A stretch of DNA of 64,000 bases from Spirochaetota bacterium (GCA_036745755.1 DAIOFM010000007.1:5696-69695); one strand, 5' to 3'; positions 55,460 through 64,000 are shown, numbered from the stretch's first letter. Program-made: numbers and translations. Notes: generated by a model not told the origin, from the letters alone.

Positions 55460-56269
55460 TCAATACGAGGGAACAAGTATTTCAAACTTTTTACCGTCAC
55501 GGCATATAATGTTGAAATACCTTGTTTCGCTGTTAAAAAAAGGCATATAGCTGGCTCCTGACTTCTCAAAAGACTCAAAGGCTTCATCAAATGTCAGGTT
55601 TTTCACAGAACAACTGCTGTTTTTGTTGAAAGAAATCCTGGGATTAGACGGGGAGCCATCTATAACCTCAAGTTCATATTCAACAAACTTTTCAGGATTA
55701 AATTCATTCTCTTTTATACTGTCAAAGGGAATTTCTGCCATCTTGAATTTACCATCAGACTTATAGATAACCGCGTAATTTCTGTTGCCGTAATCTATAT
55801 CTGATTTTACCTCGGTTACCCCCTTTTTAAAGAGTATATAATCCTTCTTATCAACTTGCATCTGAAGAAAGGCTTCAATCTTATCAATCGGTTTATTGCT
55901 TACCTGATTAAGAACAGCTTCAATTCCCTTTTCGCTTGTGAAATCCATGGTAATACCCATTTCAATCCCGAATCCTTTTCTGGACTGAATCTTCTCCTTG
56001 AATCTAGCAATCTGGCTTTCCATTTTATCAACAAGCAGGTCAAGAGCTGAATATAGATCAGCAGCTTTCTCTCGTGCGTGGAACTGTACAGAATCACCGC
56101 TGATTATGAGTTCCGCTATGCGATCAAGCTTCTCTTTATACAGGATAAGGTGAATATCAATAAGCTGCTGAAAATGTTTTTCAATTTTGGAAATCTTCTT
56201 TTCAGCATAATCCTTCAGACTTTCTGATACGTCAATATGTCTTCCTGTAATCTTAATCTTCATAAGCAC
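55460..56269 (-). CDS. hpf: Ribosome hibernation promoting factor, long form with duplicated C-terminal domain
   Basis: The N-terminal S30AE/HPF domain (KIKITGRHIDVSESLKDYAEKK) is followed by two segments that each match the long-HPF dimerisation domain pattern. Confidence 0.8.
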   Translation of the reverse strand: MLMKIKITGRHIDVSESLKDYAEKKISKIEKHFQQLIDIHLILYKEKLDRIAELIISGDSVQFHAREKAADLYSALDLLVDKMESQIARFKEKIQSRKGFGIEMGITMDFTSEKGIEAVLNQVSNKPIDKIEAFLQMQVDKKDYILFKKGVTEVKSDIDYGNRNYAVIYKSDGKFKMAEIPFDSIKENEFNPEKFVEYELEVIDGSPSNPRISFNKNSSCSVKNLTFDEAFESFEKSGASYMPFFNSETRYFNIICRDGKKFEILVPSY

Positions 56270-56271
56270 TC

Positions 56272-57687
56272 CTATGATTTAATCATATTAATTTTTTTTC
56301 TTTTACTTGAGGACGGGATATTAAGCGCATCCCTGTATTTCGCTACTGTTCTTCTTGCGACTGTTACCCCCTTTTCCTTTAATAAAATTACAAGTTCTTC
56401 ATCACTATAAGGTTTCTCAGGATCCTCCCCTGCTATCGCAGTCTGAATTAGCCCCTTAACCCTGTCGGAGGACTGATCCTCATCAATATCCTCACCGGGA
56501 TTTTTGAGCCTGGAAACAAAGAAATACTTGAATTCAAAAGTCCCCCATGAAGTCTGAATATACTTGTTACTGCACACCCGGCTTACAGTTGACTCATGCA
56601 CCTCCACTTCGCTTGCTACATCATGGTGTGTCAGATATTTCAGATTTCCCGGACCTTTTTCAAGAAATTCCCTCTGGTGCTTCATTACAGAACTTACTAC
56701 TTTTATTATTGTTTCACGCCTCCCCTCTATATTTTTAATAAGTGCTTTCGCTGATTGAAGTTTGTTGCTTATATAATCATGCTGTTCTTTACCTAAACTT
56801 TTATTATTAATCAGATTCATATAGTAATTGCTCAACCTGATATTCGGCAACCAGTCATCATTTAAAGTTATAATAATCTCCCCATCAAGAAGTTTCACGT
56901 CTATGTCAGGAATCACATATTTAATATCACTCCCGGAAAAGGATCTTCCCGGGAACGGATTAAGATTATGCAGAAGTTTACTTTTTTCAATAACTGTATT
57001 CAGGGGGAGTTCCAGAGACTTTGATATATTACCGTAATCAAGCTTTTCAATATCACTGAAATGATCTGAAATCATGCTCTGAAGAATAATATCATCGGGG
57101 AAAAAATATTTTGCCTGGATTATCAGGCTTTCCCTTACACCGTGTGCGGCGCATCCTACCGGGTCAAAAATATAAATATTATTTACTATCTTTTCAAGTT
57201 TATCATGGGCAATATTTGCCAGGTCCCCGTATTTTACAAATCCATTATCATCAAGAAGAGTTATAACCTCCTGATAAAGATCCAATTCATCCTTATCTGC
57301 AGCCGTCATTCTGGCCTGCCACAACAGGTGATCCTTAAGACTCTCTTTTGCAGTCACAGCATTTTCAAGAAAATGCCTGTTCTTATCATCCTCTTCATGA
57401 TTTTTTGTGATATCAGCATCATAACTGTTTTCAGGGACATCACCTTCGGGGGAAGATTTACTATCCGGTTGTTCCCCGCTCAGGTTCCTGTTGACCATGT
57501 CTTCAAGATAATCTTCAGAACGTGGTGACGCCACATCCTCCAGCATAGGATTTTCCAGAAATTCCTGAGTAATAAGTTCGGCAAGCTCTATTGTCGACAT
57601 CTGAAGCATCTCAATTGATTGCCTCAGAGACTGTGTCATCACAAGTTTCTGTGATTGTTTTAAATTAATGTTTAAACCTGACTTCAT
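56272..57687 (-). CDS. rpoN: RNA polymerase sigma-54 factor
   Basis: The N-terminal Gln/Leu-rich region I (LKQSQKLVMTQSLRQSIEMLQMS) and C-terminal RpoN box (ARRTVAKYR) are present. Confidence 0.9.
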   Translation of the reverse strand: MKSGLNINLKQSQKLVMTQSLRQSIEMLQMSTIELAELITQEFLENPMLEDVASPRSEDYLEDMVNRNLSGEQPDSKSSPEGDVPENSYDADITKNHEEDDKNRHFLENAVTAKESLKDHLLWQARMTAADKDELDLYQEVITLLDDNGFVKYGDLANIAHDKLEKIVNNIYIFDPVGCAAHGVRESLIIQAKYFFPDDIILQSMISDHFSDIEKLDYGNISKSLELPLNTVIEKSKLLHNLNPFPGRSFSGSDIKYVIPDIDVKLLDGEIIITLNDDWLPNIRLSNYYMNLINNKSLGKEQHDYISNKLQSAKALIKNIEGRRETIIKVVSSVMKHQREFLEKGPGNLKYLTHHDVASEVEVHESTVSRVCSNKYIQTSWGTFEFKYFFVSRLKNPGEDIDEDQSSDRVKGLIQTAIAGEDPEKPYSDEELVILLKEKGVTVARRTVAKYRDALNIPSSSKRKKINMIKS

Positions 57688-57716
57688 CTTTAAGACCTGT
57701 ATTTATTGCTATATAT

Positions 57717-57744
57717 AATTTACCAATTTTAAAATAAATGTCAA
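57717..57744 (-). promoter_or_regulatory. Candidate sigma-70 (extended -10) promoter for rpoN
   Basis: On the minus strand, TTGACA (57744-57739), a 16-nt spacer and TGgTAAATT (-10 at 57722-57717). It lies about 30 nt upstream of the rpoN ATG. Confidence 0.4.
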
Positions 57745-57754
57745 TCCATTCAAC

Positions 57755-57781
57755 AGAAAAGCTCAGGTATCAACCTGAGCT
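57755..57781 (-). terminator. Rho-independent terminator after the 57822-58400 gene
   Basis: A perfect 8-bp stem AGCTCAGG/CCTGAGCT (57760-57781) with a 6-nt loop. On the minus strand it is followed by TTTTCTG. Confidence 0.55.
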
Positions 57782-57821
57782 CGATAATGACCAAATAAAA
57801 ACAGCAGAAGTTTCAAAATTA

Positions 57822-58400
57822 TTACTGATAATCACCAGTATAGTCCCCACCGCCGGTAATATAGAACCTTATGCCAATAGCTGCCTGGTAACCTCTAATT
57901 GAAGCATCTTTAAACTTATCTGAATAAAAAGACGAGTGATAACCAAAATCGACAAATGGAGAAATATACCTGGTCAAAGCGAATTGCAGACCTGTCCAGA
58001 AAGAACAGGCTATTCCCATTTCAGATTCCGACTCACCGTACATTTTATCAATTTCCACATCTGAATTGGATACCCCGGCAAGAATTGAAGTCTTCCAGCT
58101 TATTCTATAATTAGAAAGGAACCGTATACGGGGAGTATATTCCAGACCTGCAAGAGCAGTAAAATGTTCATACTCTGTCTCGTCCTCATCATTAAGATTT
58201 TCTGTAACGGATGTAAGAGCTGTTCTGAATAAAAAATTAATATCCGGATTGAGGTCAAATCCGAGGCCCACACCATAACCGCGCTGATTTTCCATATCAC
58301 CCGCATCCACATTTGCTCCAAAACCATCAATAAAAAAAACCGCGAACGAATTGGTTGTAGCTATAAATAAAAAGATTATTATTGCCGCTATTCTTTTCAA
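57822..58400 (-). CDS. Putative outer-membrane beta-barrel protein
   Basis: Signal peptide MKRIAAIIIFLFIATTNSFA, followed by a Gly/Tyr/Phe-rich alternating pattern typical of small 8-stranded barrels. Confidence 0.4.
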   Translation of the reverse strand: MKRIAAIIIFLFIATTNSFAVFFIDGFGANVDAGDMENQRGYGVGLGFDLNPDINFLFRTALTSVTENLNDEDETEYEHFTALAGLEYTPRIRFLSNYRISWKTSILAGVSNSDVEIDKMYGESESEMGIACSFWTGLQFALTRYISPFVDFGYHSSFYSDKFKDASIRGYQAAIGIRFYITGGGDYTGDYQ

Positions 58401-58502
58401 AGGTATACCTCATATCTATATTAGAGAATTTAAGCCAATTAAAACATAAAAGTTTAATGGAGTCAAGAAAAACTTTTTTCATGAAAAGGGCATAGACCTG
58501 TT

Positions 58503-58943
58503 TCATAATGTTCTGGCAGTGCATAGAATACTTTTTATCTCATCATCAATAACAACTGCCTTTCCGGTTTTCATGTTAAACAGAACAAAGGTTACCTCTG
58601 CATCAACGACCTGTTTCATATCAGCTTTTCTGAAAATTTTCTGCGAAAGGGTAATACTTTTGTTCCCGACCTTTTTCTCCTCTGTAACTATAACAAGAAC
58701 ATCATTGGCACGCGCCTCACTGAGATAGCTTACATTTATATTAACAACAGTGAAAGCGAACCCTCTTGATATCATCTCCTTCCCTATATCTGAATCATCA
58801 AAAAGGGCCCATCTTCCTTCTTCAAGAAACTCTACATAGCGCGCGTTATTCACATGTGCATATATATCGAGATGATATCCCCTGACTTTTATCTCAACTT
58901 CCCCTTTCATAGTTCCCCCTTCAGATATAAAATAAAAATTCAT
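58503..58943 (-). CDS. Acyl-CoA thioesterase (4HBT/YbgC-like hotdog fold)
   Basis: VRGYHLDIYAHVNNARYVEFLEEGR is the typical 4HBT motif. The true start is probably the internal Met (MKGEVEIK, about 58910). Confidence 0.7.
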   Translation of the reverse strand: MNFYFISEGGTMKGEVEIKVRGYHLDIYAHVNNARYVEFLEEGRWALFDDSDIGKEMISRGFAFTVVNINVSYLSEARANDVLVIVTEEKKVGNKSITLSQKIFRKADMKQVVDAEVTFVLFNMKTGKAVVIDDEIKSILCTARTL

Positions 58944-59160
58944 AAAATCCGTATTTTATTGCAACATCTATTTATTTTTTAGTACAAATTCAGAATAATA
59001 ATGTCGGCAACTATATTATTTATTGCAAATCCGGGTGATAGATATTAATGACAATAAATTTTAATCCGGGATTAACGCCTCTGAGTAATTAAATTCTTTA
59101 CACGCAGAGAGCTTTTTTTAATATTGCTGAACTGACATTACAACTTTTCCGGGGAACAGG

Positions 59161-59679
59161 ATGAGAAAAATTTTATTACTACTTAGCCTACTGGCAATTA
59201 CGACCATTATATCATGCAGCGAAGATTCAGGATCGGACAGTGATAAAGGATATGTTAATCTGAATCTTGACAATGAGAAAACTGTAGCACTAAAAAGCTA
59301 CGATGTGGGTGGATTTTCGTGTTCAGGAAAGCAATGTGGGGCCGTTATATACCGGGGAGAACTGAGCGACACAAAATATGTCGGCTTTGCGGCAGGAAAA
59401 GACACAGCATATCCCGACTTTGCTTTAAAAATCTACTGGAATGGAAGTTCAATACCAGCATCTCTTGATACTACCACTTTTTCAGTCAGCATCAATGACG
59501 GGACATATACATATACGAATACAAGTGATAATCTGAATATAACAATTGTAGACGGAACAGATGCCAATTCTGTCCCGATATATACAATTACTTTTCAGGA
59601 ATCGATAACAGTCGATGATGGTTCAGGTCACAATTTCACTATCAGTGCCACTAATTCATTAGTAGCCTATAAATACTAA
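59161..59679 (+). CDS. Lipoprotein of unknown function
   Basis: Signal peptide plus lipobox (LLSLLAITTIISC), followed by a Ser/Thr/Asn-rich beta-type sequence. Confidence 0.5.
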   Translation: MRKILLLLSLLAITTIISCSEDSGSDSDKGYVNLNLDNEKTVALKSYDVGGFSCSGKQCGAVIYRGELSDTKYVGFAAGKDTAYPDFALKIYWNGSSIPASLDTTTFSVSINDGTYTYTNTSDNLNITIVDGTDANSVPIYTITFQESITVDDGSGHNFTISATNSLVAYKY

Positions 59680-59714
59680 TATTTTCAGATTTTTTAAATA
59701 AACAACACATAAAT

Positions 59715-59746
59715 AAAAAAGAAAAACTGATAAGTTTTTCTTTTTT
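59715..59746. terminator. Bidirectional terminator-like hairpin between convergent genes
   Basis: AAAAAAGAAAAAC-tgataa-GTTTTTCTTTTTT forms a 13-bp, mostly A-U stem between the lipoprotein gene (+) and cheB (-). Confidence 0.4.
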
Positions 59747-59779
59747 ATTTCCCGGGTTTTTAGACACGTTGTGTCCATA

Positions 59780-60856
59780 TCACCTGTACATCTTTTTTAT
59801 ATAATTAACAATCCCCTCAATATCTGTAATCATATCTGCTGCGCCCAGTTTTATCGCCTCCTTCGGCATACCAAACACAACACATGACTCCTCATTCTGC
59901 GCGACAGTAAAGGCTCCTGCCTGCTTCATTTCAAGGAGGCCTGCCGCACCGTCATTCCCCATGCCTGTGCAGATTATCCCCACCGCGGAATCCCCCGCAA
60001 ATTTGCTTACCGATCTGAAAAGCACGTCAACTGAAGGCCTGTGCCTGTTCACGGGCGGGCCCTCATTAATCTCAATCCAGTAGCCGTTCCTGTCAGATTT
60101 TAAAAGCATATGTTTCCCGCCGGGAGCAATGAGTGCCATGTCAGTAAGCAGCCTGTCGCCGTTCTTTGCCTCCTTCACAAGCAGCCTGGACTTTCCGTTA
60201 ACCCTGTTTGCGAATGCCTCTGTAAATTTTTCAGGCATATGCTGTGTTATCACAATCCCCGGGCAACCATTGGGCAGGTTAGCAAGGATCTGGTCAACAA
60301 CCTCAGTCCCCCCCGTGGAAGCACCTATGGCTATGACCTTCTCAGTCGGTTTATTCTTATTAACAAAATCTGACTTTGAGAGAATGACATCAGCACTGAA
60401 TTTCTGTTCCACCATAATCGACGGGGCAGGCTTTTTTTTAATCCTCCCCTTTGAATGGCCGGCAGCTATAACCTTTTCTATTAGTTCCCTGGAGAATTCC
60501 GCAGAACTCTGTGCAACGTCAAACTGCGGCTTTGCAATAACATCAAAGGCTCCAATCTCAAGGGCCCGGATGGCGGCCTTTGAGCCCTTTTCAGTCAGGG
60601 AGCTCACCATTATAGCCGGGATGGGATTCGCTATCATCAATTTCTGAAGAAACGTAAGGCCGTCCATCCCGGGCATCTCAATATCCAGGGTTATTACATC
60701 AGGTTTAAGGGTATTTATTTTTTTTGCGGCAATAGCGGCATCAATAGCAGTCCCGAGGACTTCTATACCTGAAGACTGATTTAATGTATCAGTAAGAAAC
60801 TTTCTCATTAATGCTGAATCATCAATAATAAGCACTTTCACTTTATTCTGCACCAT
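59780..60856 (-). CDS. cheB: Chemotaxis methylesterase/deamidase CheB (second full-length copy)
   Basis: REC domain (VLIIDDSALMR, DIEMPGMDG) plus GASTGGT, TQHMPEKFT and TGMGNDG. Confidence 0.9.
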   Translation of the reverse strand: MVQNKVKVLIIDDSALMRKFLTDTLNQSSGIEVLGTAIDAAIAAKKINTLKPDVITLDIEMPGMDGLTFLQKLMIANPIPAIMVSSLTEKGSKAAIRALEIGAFDVIAKPQFDVAQSSAEFSRELIEKVIAAGHSKGRIKKKPAPSIMVEQKFSADVILSKSDFVNKNKPTEKVIAIGASTGGTEVVDQILANLPNGCPGIVITQHMPEKFTEAFANRVNGKSRLLVKEAKNGDRLLTDMALIAPGGKHMLLKSDRNGYWIEINEGPPVNRHRPSVDVLFRSVSKFAGDSAVGIICTGMGNDGAAGLLEMKQAGAFTVAQNEESCVVFGMPKEAIKLGAADMITDIEGIVNYIKKMYR

Positions 60857-60860
60857 ACTT

Positions 60861-61421
60861 TCACTCTCTACCAGCTGCTAATTTTTCATCTCTTTCGATT
60901 ACGAGTTTAGTTATCTCTTTACCCTTAATCTTTCTGAGATAAATTCTCCCTGTGTTTACATCAAAAATAATTTTCCTTGTAAAATCAGCACCTACATCCA
61001 TACCAATTATAGGTATATCTTCCATTTCCAGCATAAGTTTCGCCATTCTGACGTTATCTGAGGATATCATGCTCGGCCTTTCAGGTGAACTTAAAGAACT
61101 GAGGATATTCCCGCCCCCGAAAATTTTGGCTGTAAGGTTTTTTCTTTCCGCTCCTTTTTCAAGCATCTCCCAGATAATTTTAATCATTGATGCCAGCCCG
61201 TACCTTGTATAGTCATCTTCCGGGATCTCCCTCTCATTAATCTTTCCCGGTAGCATAAAATGGTTCATTGCTCCTATCTTCTTAACATTATCGTGCAGAC
61301 ACACGGCTACGCAGGAGCCGAGCAATGTTCCGACAAGTTCATCCCTGTCAGTAACATAATATTCCCCGGGATAAATTATTGTCAGGTTCTTCCCGAGTTT
61401 GTGTCTCATTCTGATATACAC
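60861..61421 (-). CDS. cheD: Chemoreceptor glutamine deamidase CheD
   Basis: GTLLGSCVAVCLHD....IGAMNHFMLPG places Cys and His 17 residues apart, as in the T. maritima CheD Cys27/His44 pair. Confidence 0.8.
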   Translation of the reverse strand: MYIRMRHKLGKNLTIIYPGEYYVTDRDELVGTLLGSCVAVCLHDNVKKIGAMNHFMLPGKINEREIPEDDYTRYGLASMIKIIWEMLEKGAERKNLTAKIFGGGNILSSLSSPERPSMISSDNVRMAKLMLEMEDIPIIGMDVGADFTRKIIFDVNTGRIYLRKIKGKEITKLVIERDEKLAAGRE

Positions 61422-61427
61422 TTAAAC

Positions 61428-62255
61428 TCATACCACCTTTTTATATATTGTTCTCCCCGCAAGAATAAATTTATCAGTTATACTTGTAATATTTTCAGAG
61501 TGGCCTATTAAAAGGTATCCGTCATCCTTAAGATAATTATAAAATTTATTGAAAAGTCTTTTCTGTGTGTCCCTGTCAAAATATATTATTACATTTCTGC
61601 AGAATATAATATCAAACTGCTTTTTCATCGGGTACTGTTCCTGCAACAGGTTAAGCCGCCTGAAATAAACAGACTTCTTTAACGTATCATTAACAATGTA
61701 CGCCCCCTGGTCAGGACCTGTTCCTTTACTAAAATACCTTTTAATATAATCAGGCTCAACTGTTGAAACGTGTTCCTGAGGGTATATTCCGTTTTTCGCC
61801 TTCTGCAGAACCTGTGTATCAATATCGGTTGCCAGGATCAGTATCTCCGGCGACTGCTTCGTCTTGAAATATTCAGTAGTAACCATGGCGATAGTGTAGG
61901 GTTCTTCCCCGGTTGAGCACCCTGCGCTCCATATCCTTATCTCCTTCATACCCCGTTTCTCGTACTCGGGGAGCAACCTTTCTTTGATAAACTCAAAGTG
62001 ATCATTTTCCCTGAAAAAATCTGTTTTGTTGGTCGTTATAAGATTTATAAAATTAACTTTTTCTTCGTTATAATTTTCAACAAGATAGTTATAATAATCC
62101 AGAAAGGAATCAAGTCTGAGCTCACGAAGTCTTTTAGTAAGGCGGGATTGCATGAGTATTTTTTTCACGTCACCCAGCTTTATCCCCGCTTCTTCATAGA
62201 CTATGTCCCTGAGTTTATTAAATTCCCTGTCTTCAAGAATAAAATTCTTTATCAT
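61428..62255 (-). CDS. cheR: Chemotaxis methyltransferase CheR
   Basis: TNKTDFFRE, IWSAGCSTGEEPYTIAM and IFCRNVIIYFD are the canonical CheR SAM-MTase blocks. Confidence 0.9.
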   Translation of the reverse strand: MIKNFILEDREFNKLRDIVYEEAGIKLGDVKKILMQSRLTKRLRELRLDSFLDYYNYLVENYNEEKVNFINLITTNKTDFFRENDHFEFIKERLLPEYEKRGMKEIRIWSAGCSTGEEPYTIAMVTTEYFKTKQSPEILILATDIDTQVLQKAKNGIYPQEHVSTVEPDYIKRYFSKGTGPDQGAYIVNDTLKKSVYFRRLNLLQEQYPMKKQFDIIFCRNVIIYFDRDTQKRLFNKFYNYLKDDGYLLIGHSENITSITDKFILAGRTIYKKVV

Positions 62256-62263
62256 TTTATTAC

Positions 62264-62854
62264 CTAATCAAACAATACTATCTTTCCGACTCTATTTCTA
62301 TTCCTGAATTCATTTTCAACATATTCTTTTTCAAGGCTTATGAACTCAGAGAATTCTTCATTATTTTTTAATATCTGCCTGTATACTGCCCCATCCGCAG
62401 GTGAGAAATAAAGTTTCCGCCTGAAATTTCCGCCAAGATCACTCTTCTCAACAGGTATTTTTTCAAATTCAAAATAATCTTTTACAAATCTGATATTATT
62501 TTCAGGAAGAGATATCTTCCCCAGGGTTGAATTGTCGGTATAGCCGGCACCAAAAATTTTAACCCTCATGTGGTGCCTGTCACAGCCGAGTTTTACCATG
62601 TCGGCCATCAGGAGTTCCATGTTCAACACGCCGATCCTCGAAATATCATCATGTACTATTCCTTCAGTACCAACAGTCCCCGGTACCACAAAATTTATCA
62701 GACCTCCGACACGTTTAAAATAATCAAAAACAGTAACAGCAAGGCAGGAGCCCACTATAGTCCCGATATAACAATTCTCATTTGAAGCAAAATGTTCCCC
62801 GGGATAAATCAGATATAAAGGTTTTCCGGTTCTATTCTGCTGACTTCTAAGCAT
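62264..62854 (-). CDS. cheD: CheD paralogue lacking the catalytic histidine
   Basis: GTIVGSCLAVTVFD....VGGLINFVVPG keeps the Cys, but the residue 17 positions later is Asn instead of His. Confidence 0.7.
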   Translation of the reverse strand: MLRSQQNRTGKPLYLIYPGEHFASNENCYIGTIVGSCLAVTVFDYFKRVGGLINFVVPGTVGTEGIVHDDISRIGVLNMELLMADMVKLGCDRHHMRVKIFGAGYTDNSTLGKISLPENNIRFVKDYFEFEKIPVEKSDLGGNFRRKLYFSPADGAVYRQILKNNEEFSEFISLEKEYVENEFRNRNRVGKIVLFD

Positions 62855-62862
62855 AAAAAATT

Positions 62863-63354
62863 CTACCCTTCAAAAAGGGATTCTCCGGAAAGGAAGGTGT
62901 CCACATCAAGCAGTACTATCAGATTATCACCGATCCTCCCTATTCCCTCTATCGATTTTGTATCCACCCTTGCAGAATAATTAATCTGATCATGAATATC
63001 AGAAGCAGGTATATTTACAACATCAGAAACCGAATCAGCAATCATTCCGATGAGTCTTTCCTGAACCTCAACAATGAGTATTACCGTGAATGAATCAGCA
63101 TCCTTCGGAGGAAGTGAAAACTTTTTTCTCATATCTATAACAGGGATTACAGAACCACGCAGGTTGATCACCCCCCTTATGAATGAACGTGCCTGGGGCA
63201 CATATGTAATTTCAGTCATCTCATTAATCGACTGGACTTTCATCACCGAAACACCGTATGATTCATCCCCCACAAGGAAAGTAACATACTGCTTTTCATC
63301 TTCAGCCTTCAGATTATCAGCATCATCCTGCTTTGTCTTTTTATTTTCATTCAT
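62863..63354 (-). CDS. cheW: Chemotaxis coupling protein CheW (second copy)
   Basis: Contains SYGVSVMKVQSI...INLRGSVIPVIDMR. Confidence 0.85.
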   Translation of the reverse strand: MNENKKTKQDDADNLKAEDEKQYVTFLVGDESYGVSVMKVQSINEMTEITYVPQARSFIRGVINLRGSVIPVIDMRKKFSLPPKDADSFTVILIVEVQERLIGMIADSVSDVVNIPASDIHDQINYSARVDTKSIEGIGRIGDNLIVLLDVDTFLSGESLFEG

Positions 63355-63356
63355 TG

Positions 63357-63731
63357 CTATTTAACAAACCTTTTAACTACATTTAGGAGATCTTCTGCCT
63401 GAAAAGGTTTTATGATCCATCCGGAGGCACCTGCCTCCTTCCCCTTCTGTATAACATCCTTCTCAGCCTCGGTAGTAAGTACAACCACTGGAGTAAACTT
63501 ATCCATTTTCCTGAATTCCGAAATAAACTCCAGCCCGTTCATTACCGGCATATTTATATCACTTATGCACATGGCAATTTCGCTACCTTCATCCTTTATC
63601 TGGCTAATCTTGTCAAGGGCGTCCCGACCGTTTTCGGCCTGTTTCACAGGCAGCCCGAGCTGTTTTAGAGCCATCTCTACACTTACTCTGATGGTAGGTG
63701 AATCATCAATTACCACAATGTACTTATTCAT
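63357..63731 (-). CDS. CheY-like single-domain response regulator
   Basis: Contains IVVIDDSPTIR, DINMPVMNG and KPF. GGGGAGG RBS. Confidence 0.85.
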   Translation of the reverse strand: MNKYIVVIDDSPTIRVSVEMALKQLGLPVKQAENGRDALDKISQIKDEGSEIAMCISDINMPVMNGLEFISEFRKMDKFTPVVVLTTEAEKDVIQKGKEAGASGWIIKPFQAEDLLNVVKRFVK

Positions 63732-63756
63732 TTAATCCTCCCCGGATAAGATTATT

Positions 63757-64000
63757 TCATAATTGCGAAAGGCCCGCCAGAGTTAATAACACCTGCAGTT
63801 CAGGCGATACTCCTTCCATTTTAATCTGTTTGTCAAGTTCAGCCGCCCTCTTCATCGCAGACAATAAAACCTGAGCTGCCGACGAATCTATACGGACTGT
63901 ATCGCTGAAATCAATTATAATTTCGTCACTTTTTTCCAGCTCATTTTTTAATGACAGGTAAAATTCCCTTATATTCTTAACATTAATTTCATTTTCGACT
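63757..64000 (-). CDS. STAS-domain protein (anti-sigma antagonist-like), N-terminus beyond window
   Basis: My own translation of the minus strand gives ...VENEINVKNIREFYLSLKNELEKSDEIIIDFSDTVRIDSSAAQVLLSAMKRAAELDKQIKMEGVSPELQVLLTLAGLSQL*, with stop TGA at 63757-63759. IDFS....IDSSA fits the STAS pattern. Confidence 0.6.
   Translation of the reverse strand, partial: VENEINVKNIREFYLSLKNELEKSDEIIIDFSDTVRIDSSAAQVLLSAMKRAAELDKQIKMEGVSPELQVLLTLAGLSQL

Noticed and set aside
1-64000. Search for CRISPR arrays, IS elements, integrases, toxin-antitoxin pairs and defence islands
   Set aside because: I found no regularly spaced direct repeats, no transposase- or integrase-like ORFs, and no abrupt compositional island. 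The patatin-like and dGTPase-like genes stand alone in housekeeping contexts, so I did not call them defence systems.

Overview
A tightly packed 64-kb chromosomal segment, moderately AT-rich by eye, and almost all housekeeping or signalling genes. I saw no rRNA, CRISPR array, transposase, integrase or phage-like gene. All calls rest on reading the supplied translations, my own translation of a few regions, and remembered family motifs. No database search was possible. The gene order rpmF-acpP-rnc, CheX-type phosphatase logic and an rpoN-hpf-hprK-ptsH block suggest a spirochaete-like lineage (inference only).

Contents, left to right:
- a large membrane protein with a SpeE-like domain (partial)
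- hypD-hypE-hypC
- two polytopic hybrid histidine kinases
- a small operon with a REC-less CheB domain
- murJ and a PBP4-type dacB
- TPR proteins and a degenerate ABC ATPase
- rpmF, acpP-rnc-nudix-STAS, rpsA, cmk, scpAB
- che cluster 1: cheW-cheA-cheB-cheY, downstream of zapB-like and zapA
- thrS-infC-rpmI-rplT with tRNA-Val
- a patatin-like lipase, a crotonase, ribH-nusB, a dGTPase-like gene and VKOR-DsbA
- the minus-strand chain rpoN-hpf-hprK-ptsH-HK-EBP-UDG-like-priA
- che cluster 2: STAS-cheY-cheW-cheD-cheR-cheD-cheB

Most unusual observations:
- CheA carries a C-terminal CheC/CheX-type phosphatase domain with an exact active-site motif.
- HPF has a tandemly duplicated dimerisation domain.
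- Two cheD paralogues flank cheR, and one lacks the catalytic His.
- A REC-less CheB sits in an operon with an HExxH hydrolase.
- tRNA-Val has C33.
- A HAD hydrolase apparently starts at ATT.
- A ZapB-like protein has an acidic, Ile-block repeat tail.
- A structured non-coding stretch lies downstream of zapA.
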